Positions 1 to 10,403 of a stretch of DNA of 64,000 bases are shown piece after piece; positions within the stretch are counted from its first letter, which is position 1, and each line of letters starts with the position of its first letter. Position numbers and translations under genes: made by a program. The stretch comes from Sphingomicrobium sp. GTDB taxonomy: Bacteria > Pseudomonadota > Alphaproteobacteria > Sphingomonadales > Sphingomonadaceae. The notes under the pieces were generated by a model, which made no database searches, was not told the origin of the DNA, and saw only the letters and a list, made by a program, of their open reading frames with translations. The stretch spans positions 2,897 through 66,896 of the forward strand of contig DASUIC010000067.1 of the NCBI GenBank assembly GCA_036273215.1, written 5' to 3'.

Positions 1-1
1 G

Positions 2-433
2 GGACCCTGCTTCTACACGCGGCTGGTCGGCCCCTCGCCGAGCTTCGACGCGCTGCTGTCCTCGCTAACGCAGGTTCAGACCGTCACCGGCTCTCCGGTG
101 ATGTCGCTCAAGATCCAGGACTGGCTGATACAGGCGCACGACGCACGCACTTTGGTCGTCGGCGCGGGCATTTCCGCGATGCCTTCGGTCCACAACGGCC
201 TCGCATTCCTGTTCGCGCTTGCAGCATTCCGGATCAACCGCGTCATGGGTTGGCTATTCGCCGCTTACGCGCTGCTGATCTGGATCGGCTCGATCCACCT
301 CGGCTGGCATTATGCAGTCGACGGAATCGCCGGCGACGCGGTAACCTACAGTATCTGGCGGCTGAGCGGACGCCTTGCCGAGCGGCTGGAACGGCCCATC
401 CTTGCCGCTTCGCCAGAGCCGGTCCTCGCCTGA
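2..433 (+). CDS. PAP2/inositol-phosphorylceramide-synthase-like membrane protein, 5'-truncated by window edge
   Basis: Frame open from base 2 (GPCFY...); motifs ISAMPSVH and SIHLGWHYAVDG typical of PAP2_3/AUR1-like proteins. Confidence 0.8.
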   Translation, partial: GPCFYTRLVGPSPSFDALLSSLTQVQTVTGSPVMSLKIQDWLIQAHDARTLVVGAGISAMPSVHNGLAFLFALAAFRINRVMGWLFAAYALLIWIGSIHLGWHYAVDGIAGDAVTYSIWRLSGRLAERLERPILAASPEPVLA

Positions 434-552
434 ACCCCGACGAAGGTGCGCGCGGCTTTCGTGAATAGCTTGTAATCCAACCGCCGCCATCATGGACAAT
501 TGACCGGAGCGGACTAGGACGCAGCCCAAGAGGGGCTGCAGGCGCGCGACTG

Positions 553-2115
553 ATGGGGGTTGAAGCGAGTTCCACGGGCGATGCCGCAGAGCATCAGCGG
601 CAATGGTGGGAATCGCGGCCGTGCCTCATCCTCATCGTGCTCGCGACGATGGTCCCCTTGCTCTATCCGGCGATCCCTCCGCTCGTCGACCTGTTCGGCC
701 ACATGGGCCGCTATCGGGTCGAACTCGACCTCGGCCATTCGCGCTGGCTGCAGCAATATTATGATTACCACTGGGCGGCGATCGGAAACCTAGGGGTAGA
801 CGTGCTCGTCATTCCGCTCGGCAAGCTGTTCGGGCTCGAGGCGGCGGTGAAGATCATCGTGCTCGCGATCCCGCCATTGACGGCGATCGGGTTCTTCTGG
901 GTGGCGAGCGAAGTGCATGGGCGAATTCCGCCCACCGCCTACTTCGCGCTGCCGTTCATCTACGGCTATCCGTTCCTGTTCGGCTTCGTGAACTTCGCGC
1001 TGTCGGTGGCGTTTGCGTTCCTGGCGTTCGGTCTCTGGCTGAGGCTTGGAAGGCTCGACAGGACCGCGCTTCGCGGCTGGCTGTTCGTCCCCATCTCGCT
1101 GATCGTGTTCTTCGCCCACACCTACGGCTGGGGGTTGCTCGGACTGATGTGTTTTTCGGCGGACGCGGTGCGGCTTCACGACAAGGACCGGCCGTGGTGG
1201 CGAGCGGGTATCGAAGCGGCGCTGCATACCTCCGTGATGGCGCTCCCGATCATTGTCATGCTGGTCTGGCGAAGCGAGACCCACGGCGGCCAGACGATCG
1301 ACTGGTTCGACTGGAAGGTGAAATGGCGCTGGGTCTATTCGGCGCTTCGCGATCGGTGGAAATGGTTCGACATCGGTTCGCTTGTGGTGGTCGCCCTGGT
1401 CTTCTTCTACGCGATCGCGAACCGGATCTTCGGACGGAGCCTGACGCTGTCGCGCAACCTCGCCTTCTCGGCGATCGTGCTCGCAATTTCGTTCGTGATC
1501 ATTCCCCGAATCGTGTTTGGCTCCGCGTATGCCGACATGCGGCTGATCCCCTATCTGATCGCGGTTGCGCTGCTCGCGATCCGCTTCCGCGGCGTACCGG
1601 TAGGAGCGACGGCGCACGTGCTCGCAGTCCTCGGTCTGCTTTTCTTCGCCACCCGCACCGCTGCGAACACGGTGAGCCTCGGATTGGCCGGCGCGGACCA
1701 GCGGGCGGTTCTTCAAGCGATCGACCTGATGCCCGAGGGTTCGCGCGTGATCACGCTGACAGGGATGACGTGCACCGAATATTGGCCGCCGCTCAGGAAC
1801 AGCCACCTTGGCGCCATGGTGATCGTCCGCCGCGACGGCTTTTCCAACGACCAGTGGCTGCTCGAGGGTGTCAACCTGCTCGATCTCAAATATCGTGCCG
1901 CGGGCTATTTCGCGGCCGATCCATCGCAGCTCGTCCGCCCGAACCTCTGTCGCGACCCGCTTCACCGGACGATCGATGAATCGCTTGCGGCGCTCCCGCG
2001 GAATGACTTCGACTTCGTGTGGCTGATCGACGTGCCGCCTTACGATCCCGAGCTCGTCCAGGGATTGCGTATGGTCTGGCGCGGACCCGGTTCCGTCCTC
2101 TATCGTCTGCATTAA
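553..2115 (+). CDS. Multi-pass membrane protein, probable GT-C-fold glycosyltransferase
   Basis: 520 aa, ~10-12 hydrophobic segments, N-terminal loop PPLVDLFGH, soluble C-terminus; upstream of a GT2 gene. Confidence 0.6.
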   Translation: MGVEASSTGDAAEHQRQWWESRPCLILIVLATMVPLLYPAIPPLVDLFGHMGRYRVELDLGHSRWLQQYYDYHWAAIGNLGVDVLVIPLGKLFGLEAAVKIIVLAIPPLTAIGFFWVASEVHGRIPPTAYFALPFIYGYPFLFGFVNFALSVAFAFLAFGLWLRLGRLDRTALRGWLFVPISLIVFFAHTYGWGLLGLMCFSADAVRLHDKDRPWWRAGIEAALHTSVMALPIIVMLVWRSETHGGQTIDWFDWKVKWRWVYSALRDRWKWFDIGSLVVVALVFFYAIANRIFGRSLTLSRNLAFSAIVLAISFVIIPRIVFGSAYADMRLIPYLIAVALLAIRFRGVPVGATAHVLAVLGLLFFATRTAANTVSLGLAGADQRAVLQAIDLMPEGSRVITLTGMTCTEYWPPLRNSHLGAMVIVRRDGFSNDQWLLEGVNLLDLKYRAAGYFAADPSQLVRPNLCRDPLHRTIDESLAALPRNDFDFVWLIDVPPYDPELVQGLRMVWRGPGSVLYRLH

Positions 2116-2382
2116 GGGTCTGGACCGGGTACCAACATGGCCGTGATGGTGACGAAAAGGCGTTCTGGGAGTGAGCGAGCGCAGGCAGGTAGCAGAAGCT
2201 ACCTGCCAATCGAGCGAGCGCGCCAGGGCGCCTTTTCATCCCACCCGAAGGGCATGGCCCTGCCGGCGCTGCGCTTCGTCGAAGCGCTCGACCGGGCCTT
2301 AAGGCCCGCTTTTCACACTTCTTCTAGCGCAGCATCCGGCAGGAGCCATGTCACGGCTCATGTTGGTACCCGGCCCAGACCC
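2116..2382. mobile_element. 267-bp MITE-like element with ~31-bp terminal inverted repeats
   Basis: Left GGGTCTGGACCGGGTACCAACATGGCCGTGA (2116-2146) vs right TCACGGCTCATGTTGGTACCCGGCCCAGACCC (2351-2382): one mismatch, one bulge; flanked by TAA/TCA; internal hairpin GGCAGGTAGC-AGAA-GCTACCTGCC; no transposase. Confidence 0.8.
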
Positions 2383-2384
2383 TC

Positions 2385-3401
2385 ATGACCGCGCTTTCGA
2401 TCGTCGTCCCTTGCTTCAACGAGGAGGGGTGTCTTGCCGAGCTTCACCAGCGGCTGAGCGCGGCGGCGCATAAGGCGGTCGGCGACGATTATGAGATCGT
2501 GCTGGTCAACGACGGGTCGAAGGACGGAAGCTGGGCGATGATGGCCGCAATGGCCGTCCGCGATCCCCAACTCGTCGCCGTCAACCTGTCGCGGAATCAC
2601 GGACATCAGCTAGCGCTTACGGCGGGGCTCGACCTCAGCCGCGGCGACAAGGTGCTGATCATCGACGCCGATCTCCAGGACCCGCCCGAGCTCCTCCCCG
2701 AGATGCTGAAGGTCATGGACGAGGAGCATGCCGACGTCGTTTATGGAGTGCGCAAGAGCCGTTCGGGCGAGACGGCGTTCAAGCGTGCGACGGCGCATGG
2801 CTTTTACCGCCTTCTGTCCCGAGCGACCGAGGTCGACATCCCGGTCGACGCAGGCGATTTCCGGCTGATGAGCCGGCGTGCGCTGGACGCGTTGCTGGCG
2901 ATGCCCGAGCAGGCGCGGTTCGTGCGCGGGATGGTGGCCTGGATCGGCTTCCGGCAGCTGGCGTTCCCCTATGACCGGCAGCAGCGCTTTGCCGGCGAGA
3001 CCAAATATCCGCTGAAGAAGATGATGCGCTTCGCGTTGGACGCCCTGACGGGATTTTCGTCTGCCCCGCTGAAGCTCGCCAGCCACGCCGGGCTGTGGCT
3101 GTCGTTCGGCTCGGTCCTTCTCATCATCTACATCGCTTATGCGTGGATCGCCGGTCGAAGCATCCAGGGGTGGACCTCATTGATGCTGATCGTCGTCATC
3201 CTCGGCGCGATCCAGATGTTCGTCCTCGCGCTGATGGGCGAATATATCGGTCGGCTGTACAACGAATCGAAGCGCCGGCCGCTGTACATCGTTCAGGAGG
3301 TGGCGGGCGGCGAGCGGCGCGACGGAAGGCTCGGTTATATCGCCGATGCGACCGCGAACAGCGACAGTCCGGGCGGCAAGGGCACGCGCCCGACCAGGTG
3401 A
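2385..3401 (+). CDS. GT2 polyprenol-phosphate glycosyltransferase (GtrB/YkoT-like)
   Basis: SIVVPCFNEE, VNDGSKD, SRNHGHQ, IDADLQDPPE, GDFRLMSRR, two C-terminal TM helices, GEYIGR. Confidence 0.92.
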   Translation: MTALSIVVPCFNEEGCLAELHQRLSAAAHKAVGDDYEIVLVNDGSKDGSWAMMAAMAVRDPQLVAVNLSRNHGHQLALTAGLDLSRGDKVLIIDADLQDPPELLPEMLKVMDEEHADVVYGVRKSRSGETAFKRATAHGFYRLLSRATEVDIPVDAGDFRLMSRRALDALLAMPEQARFVRGMVAWIGFRQLAFPYDRQQRFAGETKYPLKKMMRFALDALTGFSSAPLKLASHAGLWLSFGSVLLIIYIAYAWIAGRSIQGWTSLMLIVVILGAIQMFVLALMGEYIGRLYNESKRRPLYIVQEVAGGERRDGRLGYIADATANSDSPGGKGTRPTR

Positions 3402-4063
3402 CGCTCGGCCGCGAACGCGCGCTCGAGGGCGGCGTTGAGCGGCGCCGATGGAAGCTTGAGATCCGCTTCGTTCTTGCCTCGCGCCTTCGACGAAAGCCGC
3501 TCGGCAACCGCGATCGGGAAGAGCAGGCTGTTGAAATAGCCGAGCTTCCGGAGCCTGAGCGGCGACCCCTCGATCAGTCGCCGGAGCGCAGCCTTGGAAT
3601 AGCGTCGCTTGTGATGATTGATGGTGTCGTGCGCCGACCACATCCATTGGTGCGCGGGAACCGTCATGACGAACTTGCCGGCAGGCTTCAGGGTCGAGGC
3701 GATGGCGGCGAGCGCAGCGCGATCATCCTCGATATGCTCGATGACGTCGAACGCGCCGACGACGTCATAATGGCGAGTGGGGACTCCCGCGAGCTCGGGT
3801 AGCGGCGCGCTCATCACCGTCCGGCCGAGCCTCTGCTCGGCGAGCGATCGCGCCTCCTCATCCAGCTCGAGCGCATCCACCCTGCCGAACTGCGCCAGCA
3901 TCGGCAGATTGTGACCGGTGCCGCAGCCGATCTCGAGGATCGCTGCATCAGGCGGCGGCCGCACTTCGCGCTCAATCAGCGCCGCAAGCACCGCGCGTCG
4001 CGCGCGATACCACCAGTGGCGCTGGTCGAGCTCGGCCATCTGCCGGTAGACGACCCGCTCCAT
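3335..4063 (-). CDS. Class I SAM-dependent methyltransferase
   Basis: HWWYRARR, LEIGCGTG, FDVIEHI, HKRRYS; ATG at 4063 overlaps the gtrA-like stop. Confidence 0.88.
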   Translation of the reverse strand: MERVVYRQMAELDQRHWWYRARRAVLAALIEREVRPPPDAAILEIGCGTGHNLPMLAQFGRVDALELDEEARSLAEQRLGRTVMSAPLPELAGVPTRHYDVVGAFDVIEHIEDDRAALAAIASTLKPAGKFVMTVPAHQWMWSAHDTINHHKRRYSKAALRRLIEGSPLRLRKLGYFNSLLFPIAVAERLSSKARGKNEADLKLPSAPLNAALERAFAAERHLVGRVPLPPGLSLFAVASAI

Positions 4064-4464
4064 CAGCCGAACACCCACTGGCGGTTGAACAGGTAGGTGG
4101 CGAGCGGGGTGACGAGGATTGCGGGGACAAGCGGCCACCACGTCGGCCCGTGCATCGGGCCCGTCAGCAACCAGGTGAAAATCTCGTTGAGAACGAAGCC
4201 CGAGCCCTGGACGATCAGGAACTTGACCTTCATCCGCCGGTCCTCGCTCTTGCCGTGGCCGCGGAAGCTCCAGCGGCTGTGGAGCACGAACCCGATCGAC
4301 ACCGCGACGGCGAAGGCGATCACGACGGCGAGCACCGGAGGCATCACATAGGTCGCGAGATACCAGTAGATGGCCGAATAGAGCGCGGCGAGCGAAAGCC
4401 CCACGATCCCGAACCGGACCAGCTGTCCCAAGGTTTCGTTGCTGACGTTTAATCTCGTGGCCAT
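4063..4464 (-). CDS. GtrA-family flippase-like protein
   Basis: 133 aa, four TMs, QLVRFGIVG, HSRWSF, YLFNRQWVF. Confidence 0.88.
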   Translation of the reverse strand: MATRLNVSNETLGQLVRFGIVGLSLAALYSAIYWYLATYVMPPVLAVVIAFAVAVSIGFVLHSRWSFRGHGKSEDRRMKVKFLIVQGSGFVLNEIFTWLLTGPMHGPTWWPLVPAILVTPLATYLFNRQWVFG

Positions 4465-4509
4465 GAGCGGCTGTTTGCCGTTTGAAGTCGACCCGCTACA
4501 GCCCGAAAA

Positions 4510-6339
4510 ATGGAGGAGCGCAAGGACGAGGGGCTGGAAGCGCGCGTGCTCGACTGGATCGCGCGCAACTGGAAGTGGATCGTCTTCGCGGTCTGGCTCG
4601 CCTTCTGCGCCTCGTTCGTCCTTCAGAAGTGGAATGACATCCGCTTCTTCAACCTCAGCGACACCGACGACAACATGCGCATGATGCAGGTCCGCGGCCT
4701 GCTTCACGGGCAGGCCTGGTTCGATCTTCGCGACTACCGGATGAACCCGCCGTTCGGTGCGAACATCCACTGGTCGCGGCTGGTCGATCTTCCGATCGCC
4801 GGATTGATTCTCGCCTTGAGGCCGTTCCTTGGGGGTGCTGACGCCGAAAAGTGGGCGGTCGCGATCGCTCCGATGCTGCCTTACCTGCTGCTGCTCTTTT
4901 CGCTTGCGCTGACCACACGACGGCTGATCGATCCCAGGGCGTACCCACTCGTTTTCATCGCGCTGATGCTGGCCGGCTCGACCAACGGCATGTTCCTTCC
5001 CGAGCGGATCGATCACCATGGCTGGCAACTGGCGCTGCTCGCTCTGAGCATTGCCTCGCTAGCGGATCCGAAACAGGTGCGCGGCGGGCTGCTGCTCGGG
5101 ATCAGCTCGGCGCTGTCGCTCGCCATCGGCCTCGAGATGATCATCTATCTCGCGCTGATGGGCGTGGCCGTGGTGCTGTTTTGGGTCGCCGACGTGGAGC
5201 AGCGCGAGCGGTTGCGCGCCTACGCTTTGTCGATGACCGCGGGCACTGCGCTCTGCTTCCTGATCTTCGCCTCCTACGACAATCGTGCGCCGGTATGCGA
5301 CGCGCTGTCTCCCGTGTGGCTGTCCGACGCGCTGATCGGGGGGGCGCTGATGTTCGCTTTGGCGTGGCTGTCGCCCAAGGACTGGCGGCAGCGGCTCGCG
5401 CTCGCCGTCGTCGCCGGCGCGGTCATCGGTGGCTTCCATGCTTTGATGTGGCCGCGCTGCCTCGGAAGCCCGGAGAACGTTTCGCCCGAGGTGCAGCGCC
5501 TGTGGATGCGCTACGTTCGTGAGGCCCGGCCCGTCTACAAGCACGGCTGGCGAATCGCGGTGGAAATGGCGACTCTCCCCGTCGTAGGTGCGATCGGGTT
5601 CGGAGTGCTCGCGTGGAGGCGGCGGGCAGATCGTGACCTGCTCAGGCGTGTGATTGCCTGCGCTGCTCCAGGCATTGCCGCAGGCCTGCTTCTCCTCTGG
5701 CAAACGCGGACAGGCCCCGCGGCCGAAATGATGGGGGTACCTGGGTCCGCGGCGCTCATCTGCTTCCTTGTTCCGCTGGTTTGGAACGTGAGGTGGCCCG
5801 AGGTCCGAATCGGAGATCGAGTTTTGTCACCGCGTCCGTTTGCGACCGCGCTGGCTGTTTTGGTGGGCTGTGGCGCAATCGTGCCGCTGGTCGTCGAATC
5901 GATTCCGGAGCCGCCGGCGACGCCTCAGGGCAAGTCGGTCGACAAGGCCAACGCGCTGTGCGCTTCGCTATGGGGGATGCACCCGATCGCGATGCTGCCC
6001 AAGGGGATGGTGTTCACCTTTATCGATCTGGGGCCCCGGCTCATCACCGTCACCCATCACGACACCGTCGCTGGGCCCTATCACCGCAACGGCCAGCAAA
6101 TTGCCGACGTCATGAACGCGTGGCGCGGGAGCGCCGACCAGGCGTACCGGATCATGGTCCAGAAATATCATTCCAATTACGTGCTGAGCTGTCCCGACAG
6201 CTCGACCACGACGATCTTCATGAGCGAGGTCCCGAAGGGGTTTTACGGACAGCTCGAGGCCGGCCAGGTGCCGAAGTGGCTGAAGCCGGTGCCGCTTCCC
6301 AAGGATTCGCCGTTCAAGATGTGGAGGGTGGTCGGCTAG
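4510..6339 (+). CDS. Large multi-pass membrane protein, probable GT-C glycosyltransferase
   Basis: DTDDNMR acidic loop, HWSRLVD, RIDHHGWQ, many TMs, periplasmic C-terminus with GPYHRN. Confidence 0.6.
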   Translation: MEERKDEGLEARVLDWIARNWKWIVFAVWLAFCASFVLQKWNDIRFFNLSDTDDNMRMMQVRGLLHGQAWFDLRDYRMNPPFGANIHWSRLVDLPIAGLILALRPFLGGADAEKWAVAIAPMLPYLLLLFSLALTTRRLIDPRAYPLVFIALMLAGSTNGMFLPERIDHHGWQLALLALSIASLADPKQVRGGLLLGISSALSLAIGLEMIIYLALMGVAVVLFWVADVEQRERLRAYALSMTAGTALCFLIFASYDNRAPVCDALSPVWLSDALIGGALMFALAWLSPKDWRQRLALAVVAGAVIGGFHALMWPRCLGSPENVSPEVQRLWMRYVREARPVYKHGWRIAVEMATLPVVGAIGFGVLAWRRRADRDLLRRVIACAAPGIAAGLLLLWQTRTGPAAEMMGVPGSAALICFLVPLVWNVRWPEVRIGDRVLSPRPFATALAVLVGCGAIVPLVVESIPEPPATPQGKSVDKANALCASLWGMHPIAMLPKGMVFTFIDLGPRLITVTHHDTVAGPYHRNGQQIADVMNAWRGSADQAYRIMVQKYHSNYVLSCPDSSTTTIFMSEVPKGFYGQLEAGQVPKWLKPVPLPKDSPFKMWRVVG

Positions 6340-6344
6340 AGTTC

Positions 6345-6977
6345 TTAGGCGAGCGCGTGAGGAAAACTCTGCTTCAGGCCGTCGATCACGAACTGGGCTG
6401 CGAGCGCGGCGAGGATCACGCCGAGGATCCGGGTGATCATCGCTTCCATCTTCTCGCCGATCAGACGCATCAGCGGCCCTGCGGCGAGCAACGTCACGAG
6501 GGTGATCAGCATCACGACCGTGATTGCCGCAAGCACGAGCGCGACCGCGACCAGGTTCTCGGCGCGCGAGATCCACAGCATCGCGCTGGCAATCGAGCCG
6601 GGCCCGGTGATCATCGGGATCGCCATCGGGAAGACGCTGATGTCCTCGGCCTCGGGCGTGCCTTCGATGGCCTCGGCGCGCTTCTCGCGACGCTCGGTTC
6701 GGCGCTCGAACACCATGTCGAGTGCGATGAAGAACAGCATGATCCCGCCCGCGATGCGGAAGCTCGCGAGGCTAATTCCCAAGCCTTGAAGAAGCGGCCG
6801 GCCGAGAAGCGCGAAGAACATCAGGATCGCCCAGGCGATCAGCGACGATCGAATCGCCATCGAGCGGCGGTGCGCGGGCGGGGTGCCGCGGGTCAGGCTG
6901 GCGAAGATCGGCGCGCAGCCGGGCGGGTCGATGATCACCAGGAAGGTGACCAAAGCCGAGCCGAACAGCTCGATCAC
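6345..6977 (-). CDS. MarC family protein
   Basis: [34 protein letters not shown]. Confidence 0.9.
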   Translation of the reverse strand: MIELFGSALVTFLVIIDPPGCAPIFASLTRGTPPAHRRSMAIRSSLIAWAILMFFALLGRPLLQGLGISLASFRIAGGIMLFFIALDMVFERRTERREKRAEAIEGTPEAEDISVFPMAIPMITGPGSIASAMLWISRAENLVAVALVLAAITVVMLITLVTLLAAGPLMRLIGEKMEAMITRILGVILAALAAQFVIDGLKQSFPHALA

Positions 6978-7861
6978 AGGCCCTCGGGGTCCTCGAGGCC
7001 GGAGCGGCGGTGCGCCGCGACGAGCGTGTTGCGCATCAGCATGGCGATGGTCATCGGGCCCACGCCGCCGGGCACCGGCGTGATCGCGCTGGCGACCTGC
7101 TCGGCTTCCGAATAAGCGACGTCGCCGACCAGCCGCGTCTTGCCCTCATCGGCGGGGATCCGGTTGATGCCGACATCGATTACCGTCGCGCCGGGCTTGA
7201 TCCAGTCGCCGCGGATCATCTCGGGCCGGCCGACCGCCGCGATGACGATATCGGCGCGCCGCACGACGCTCGGCAAATCGCGGGTGCGCGAGTGGGCGAT
7301 GGTCACCGTCGCATGGTCACCGAGCAGGAGCAGCGCCATCGGCTTTCCGACGATGTTGGAGCGGCCGACGACCACCGCCTCCAGGCCGGCGAGGCTTCCG
7401 AGCTCCTGCCGAAGAAGGAACAGGCAGCCGAGCGGCGTGCACGGCACCAGCGCGTCTAGCCCTGTCGCCAGCCGCCCCGCGTTGATGGCGTGGAATCCGT
7501 CGACGTCCTTTGCCGGGTCGATGGTCGCGATGATCCGCGCCGAATCGATCTGGTTGGGGAGCGGGAGCTGGACGAGGACCCCGTCGACGCGTTCGTCGGC
7601 GTTGAGCTGAAGCACCAGCTGAAGCAGCTCATCTTCGCTGGTGGTGTCGGGGAGGTTGTGCGCAAAGCTGACCATGCCGGCTTCGGCTGTCGCCTTGTTC
7701 TTGGAGCGGACATAGACGGCGCTTGCCGGGTTTTCGCCGACCAGCACGGTCGCAAGCCCCGGCGCTCTGCCGGTGCGCTTCTCGAATGCGGCGACATGCT
7801 CCGCCACCCGTTCGCGGATGCCGAGCGCTGCCGCCTTTCCGTCGATCCGCTTCGCGGTCAT
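6974..7861 (-). CDS. folD: Bifunctional methylenetetrahydrofolate dehydrogenase/cyclohydrolase
   Basis: [43 protein letters not shown]. Confidence 0.97.
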   Translation of the reverse strand: MTAKRIDGKAAALGIRERVAEHVAAFEKRTGRAPGLATVLVGENPASAVYVRSKNKATAEAGMVSFAHNLPDTTSEDELLQLVLQLNADERVDGVLVQLPLPNQIDSARIIATIDPAKDVDGFHAINAGRLATGLDALVPCTPLGCLFLLRQELGSLAGLEAVVVGRSNIVGKPMALLLLGDHATVTIAHSRTRDLPSVVRRADIVIAAVGRPEMIRGDWIKPGATVIDVGINRIPADEGKTRLVGDVAYSEAEQVASAITPVPGGVGPMTIAMLMRNTLVAAHRRSGLEDPEGL

Positions 7862-8157
7862 CCGCCGAAATAATATTGAGCCACGACGCCCCCTAGCAGC
7901 TTCCGGATGACCTGGATCAGGATCAGGATGACGAGCGGCGAGAAGTCGATTCCGCCGAAGTCGGGAAGGATCCGGCGGATCGGGCGGTAGAGCGGCGCCG
8001 TCAGCCGGTCGAGCGCGACGGCGAAGGTCCGCACCCCTTGCGAGCCGGTGTTGAGCACGTTGAAGGCGAACAGCCAGCTGAGGATCACCTGGATGATGAT
8101 GACCCAGGTGAGGATGGTCAGGAACAGATTGACGATGTCGACAAGGGCGAGAAGCAT
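7858..8157 (-). CDS. YggT family membrane protein
   Basis: LSWL...[24 protein letters not shown]. Confidence 0.92.
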   Translation of the reverse strand: MLLALVDIVNLFLTILTWVIIIQVILSWLFAFNVLNTGSQGVRTFAVALDRLTAPLYRPIRRILPDFGGIDFSPLVILILIQVIRKLLGGVVAQYYFGG

Positions 8158-8181
8158 GGGCGTCGCTTAGCCGCGCCTCTG

Positions 8182-9141
8182 TTACGGCGCAAACCTCTCC
8201 GGCTCGGCGACCGCGAGGATCTCGGCGAAATCGCCCTGGTCGTCACTCCATTCGGCGACGGGGGTCCAGCCGCCGGCCAGCAGAAGCACGCGCCCGCCGC
8301 GCTCGGGATATTTGTGGCTGTTCTCGGTATGGATGGATTCGCCTTTCGCGAAACGGAAGCGGCGGCCGGAGATGGCGAACTCGACGTCGTGCGTGGCGAC
8401 GAGGTGCATTTCTATCCGCGACAGGATGTCGTTCCACCGCGCCTCGTGACGGAACGCGTCGAGCGGGATGTCGCCATCGAGCTCGCGGTTGATCCGCCTT
8501 AGGAGGTTGAGGTTGAACTCGGCGGTCACGCCTTGCGGTTCGTCGTAAGCAGCGAGCAGCCGCTCGACCGGCTTCACGCGATCCATGCCAATCAGGAGCT
8601 GGGCGCCGGGGCCGAGCAGATCCCGGAAATTGCGCAGCAGGTCGGTCGCGCTCCACGGAACGAAATTGCCGATGGTCGAGCCGGGGAAGAAGCCGAGCTT
8701 CGGGAGAGGCTCGATTCCGCCCGGAAGGCCGAACGGCCGAGCGAAGTCGGCGACGACCGGAATGACCGAGAGCGCGGGGAAACGCTGCTGAAGCTCGCTC
8801 GCGCTCTGCTCGAGATAATCGCCGGAAATGTCGACTGGCACGTAGGCCTCGGGTGAGATGGCTTCGAGCAGAATCGGAGTCTTGGTGGCCGAGCCTGCGC
8901 CGAACTCGACCACCGCCGCGCCCTCCGGCACGCGCGCGGCGACCTCCGGCATGATGTCGCGCAGGAGTCCCGTCTCGGCGTTGGTCGGGTAATAGGAATG
9001 GAGCCGGGTGATCTCGTCGAACAGCTCGGAGCCGCGACGGTCGTAGAGCCAGCGCGCCGGAATGGCTCGGATCGGTGCGGAGAGGCCCGCGAGCACGTCG
9101 GCGCGGAAGGCTTCGGTCTGGCGGTCAACAGTCGCGAGCAA
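8182..9141 (-). CDS. egtD: L-histidine N-alpha-trimethyltransferase
   Basis: [43 protein letters not shown]; adjacent to egtB. Confidence 0.93.
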   Translation of the reverse strand: MLATVDRQTEAFRADVLAGLSAPIRAIPARWLYDRRGSELFDEITRLHSYYPTNAETGLLRDIMPEVAARVPEGAAVVEFGAGSATKTPILLEAISPEAYVPVDISGDYLEQSASELQQRFPALSVIPVVADFARPFGLPGGIEPLPKLGFFPGSTIGNFVPWSATDLLRNFRDLLGPGAQLLIGMDRVKPVERLLAAYDEPQGVTAEFNLNLLRRINRELDGDIPLDAFRHEARWNDILSRIEMHLVATHDVEFAISGRRFRFAKGESIHTENSHKYPERGGRVLLLAGGWTPVAEWSDDQGDFAEILAVAEPERFAP

Positions 9142-10360
9142 GGCGCACCCCTGTGAATTGCCAGCGCGCGTGCGGCGGAAAGAAGTTGCGGTAGGAGGCT
9201 CGGCTGTGCCCGCGCGGCGTGGCGCAGCTCGCGCCCTTCAGGACCAGCTGCCCGCTCATGAACTTGCCGTTGTACTCGCCGACCGCCCCCGCCGCTGGAG
9301 CGAAGCCGGGATAAGGACCGAAGGCGCTCTGCGTCCATTCCCAGACGTCGCCGAAGATTCCGCCGCGGGGGCGTGGTGCGACCGCCCCGGCCTCGTCGAG
9401 CTGGTTGCCGAGGTTCGGGTCGTCGGAAGCTGCGAAATCCTCCCACTCGGCCTCGGTCGGAAGCCGCGCTCCAGCCCAGCGGGCGAAGGCGTCGGCTTCG
9501 TAGTAACTCACATGCGCGACCGGCGCGGCGGCATCTATCTCGCGGCGGCCACCGAGCGTGAACTCCGTCTCGTCCTCGCGCCAGTAGAGCGGCTCGGCGA
9601 TGCCTTCGCGGCGGACCCAGTCCCAGCCGTCGGAGAGCCACAGCCCAGGCGTTCGGTAGCCGCCGTCGTCGATGAATTCGCGCCATTCGCCGTTCGTGAC
9701 CCGGCGGTTCGCGAGCTCATGCTGCGAGAGGAACACGCGATGACGCGGCCGCTCGCAGTCGAACGCGAAGCGGTCCGCCGCCGCGCCGATCTCGACGATT
9801 CCCTCGCGCCCGCGGTGCCAGCTCATCGGCTCGACTGCGAAGCGGGCGGGCGGGGGAAGCTCGCCATAGGCAGGCTCCAGCGGATTCTCGGCGAAGGTCG
9901 CGAGAATGTCGGTGAGCAACAGCTCCTGATGCTGCTGCTCGTGCTTGATTCCGAGCTCGACCAGCTCGAGCGCCGACGGCCGGACCGACGGAAGCACGCG
10001 TTCGAGCGCCTCATCGACGTGCGCTCGATAGGCGCGGACCTCGTCAAGCGACGGGCGGCTGAGCATTCCCCGGCGCGGGCGGGCGTGGCGCGGCCCTTCC
10101 GCCTCGTAGTAACTGTTGAACAGATAGGCCCAGCGCTCGTCGAACGGCTGATAGCCAGGCGCATGGTCGCGCAGCACGAAGCTCTCGAAGAACCAGGTGG
10201 TGTGGGCGAGGTGCCATTTGGCGGGCGACGCTTCGGCGAAAGGCTGGATCGTGGCGTCGGCGTCGCTCAGCGGCTCGGCAAGGTCGAGCGTCAGCCGCCG
10301 CGTCGCGAAAAGGCGAGCGGCGAGGTCGCCCGAGGGCGCTGGCCGAGCGTGGGTCGCCAT
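9125..10360 (-). CDS. egtB: Ergothioneine biosynthesis sulfoxide synthase
   Basis: ASPAKWHLAHTTWFFE, HEQQHQE iron ligands, FGE-sulfatase domain RLPTEAEWE, EYNGKFM, YRNFF. Confidence 0.93.
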   Translation of the reverse strand: MATHARPAPSGDLAARLFATRRLTLDLAEPLSDADATIQPFAEASPAKWHLAHTTWFFESFVLRDHAPGYQPFDERWAYLFNSYYEAEGPRHARPRRGMLSRPSLDEVRAYRAHVDEALERVLPSVRPSALELVELGIKHEQQHQELLLTDILATFAENPLEPAYGELPPPARFAVEPMSWHRGREGIVEIGAAADRFAFDCERPRHRVFLSQHELANRRVTNGEWREFIDDGGYRTPGLWLSDGWDWVRREGIAEPLYWREDETEFTLGGRREIDAAAPVAHVSYYEADAFARWAGARLPTEAEWEDFAASDDPNLGNQLDEAGAVAPRPRGGIFGDVWEWTQSAFGPYPGFAPAAGAVGEYNGKFMSGQLVLKGASCATPRGHSRASYRNFFPPHARWQFTGVRLARDC

Positions 10361-10403
10361 GGGCGGCGGGCCTTAGACGAAAACGCCCGCTCTGTCGCGT
10401 AGG

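Noticed and set aside
9125-10360. Selenoneine synthase SenA or ovothiol synthase OvoA
   Set aside because: Adjacent egtD, no selenophosphate/selenosugar genes and no fused methyltransferase; egtB is simpler
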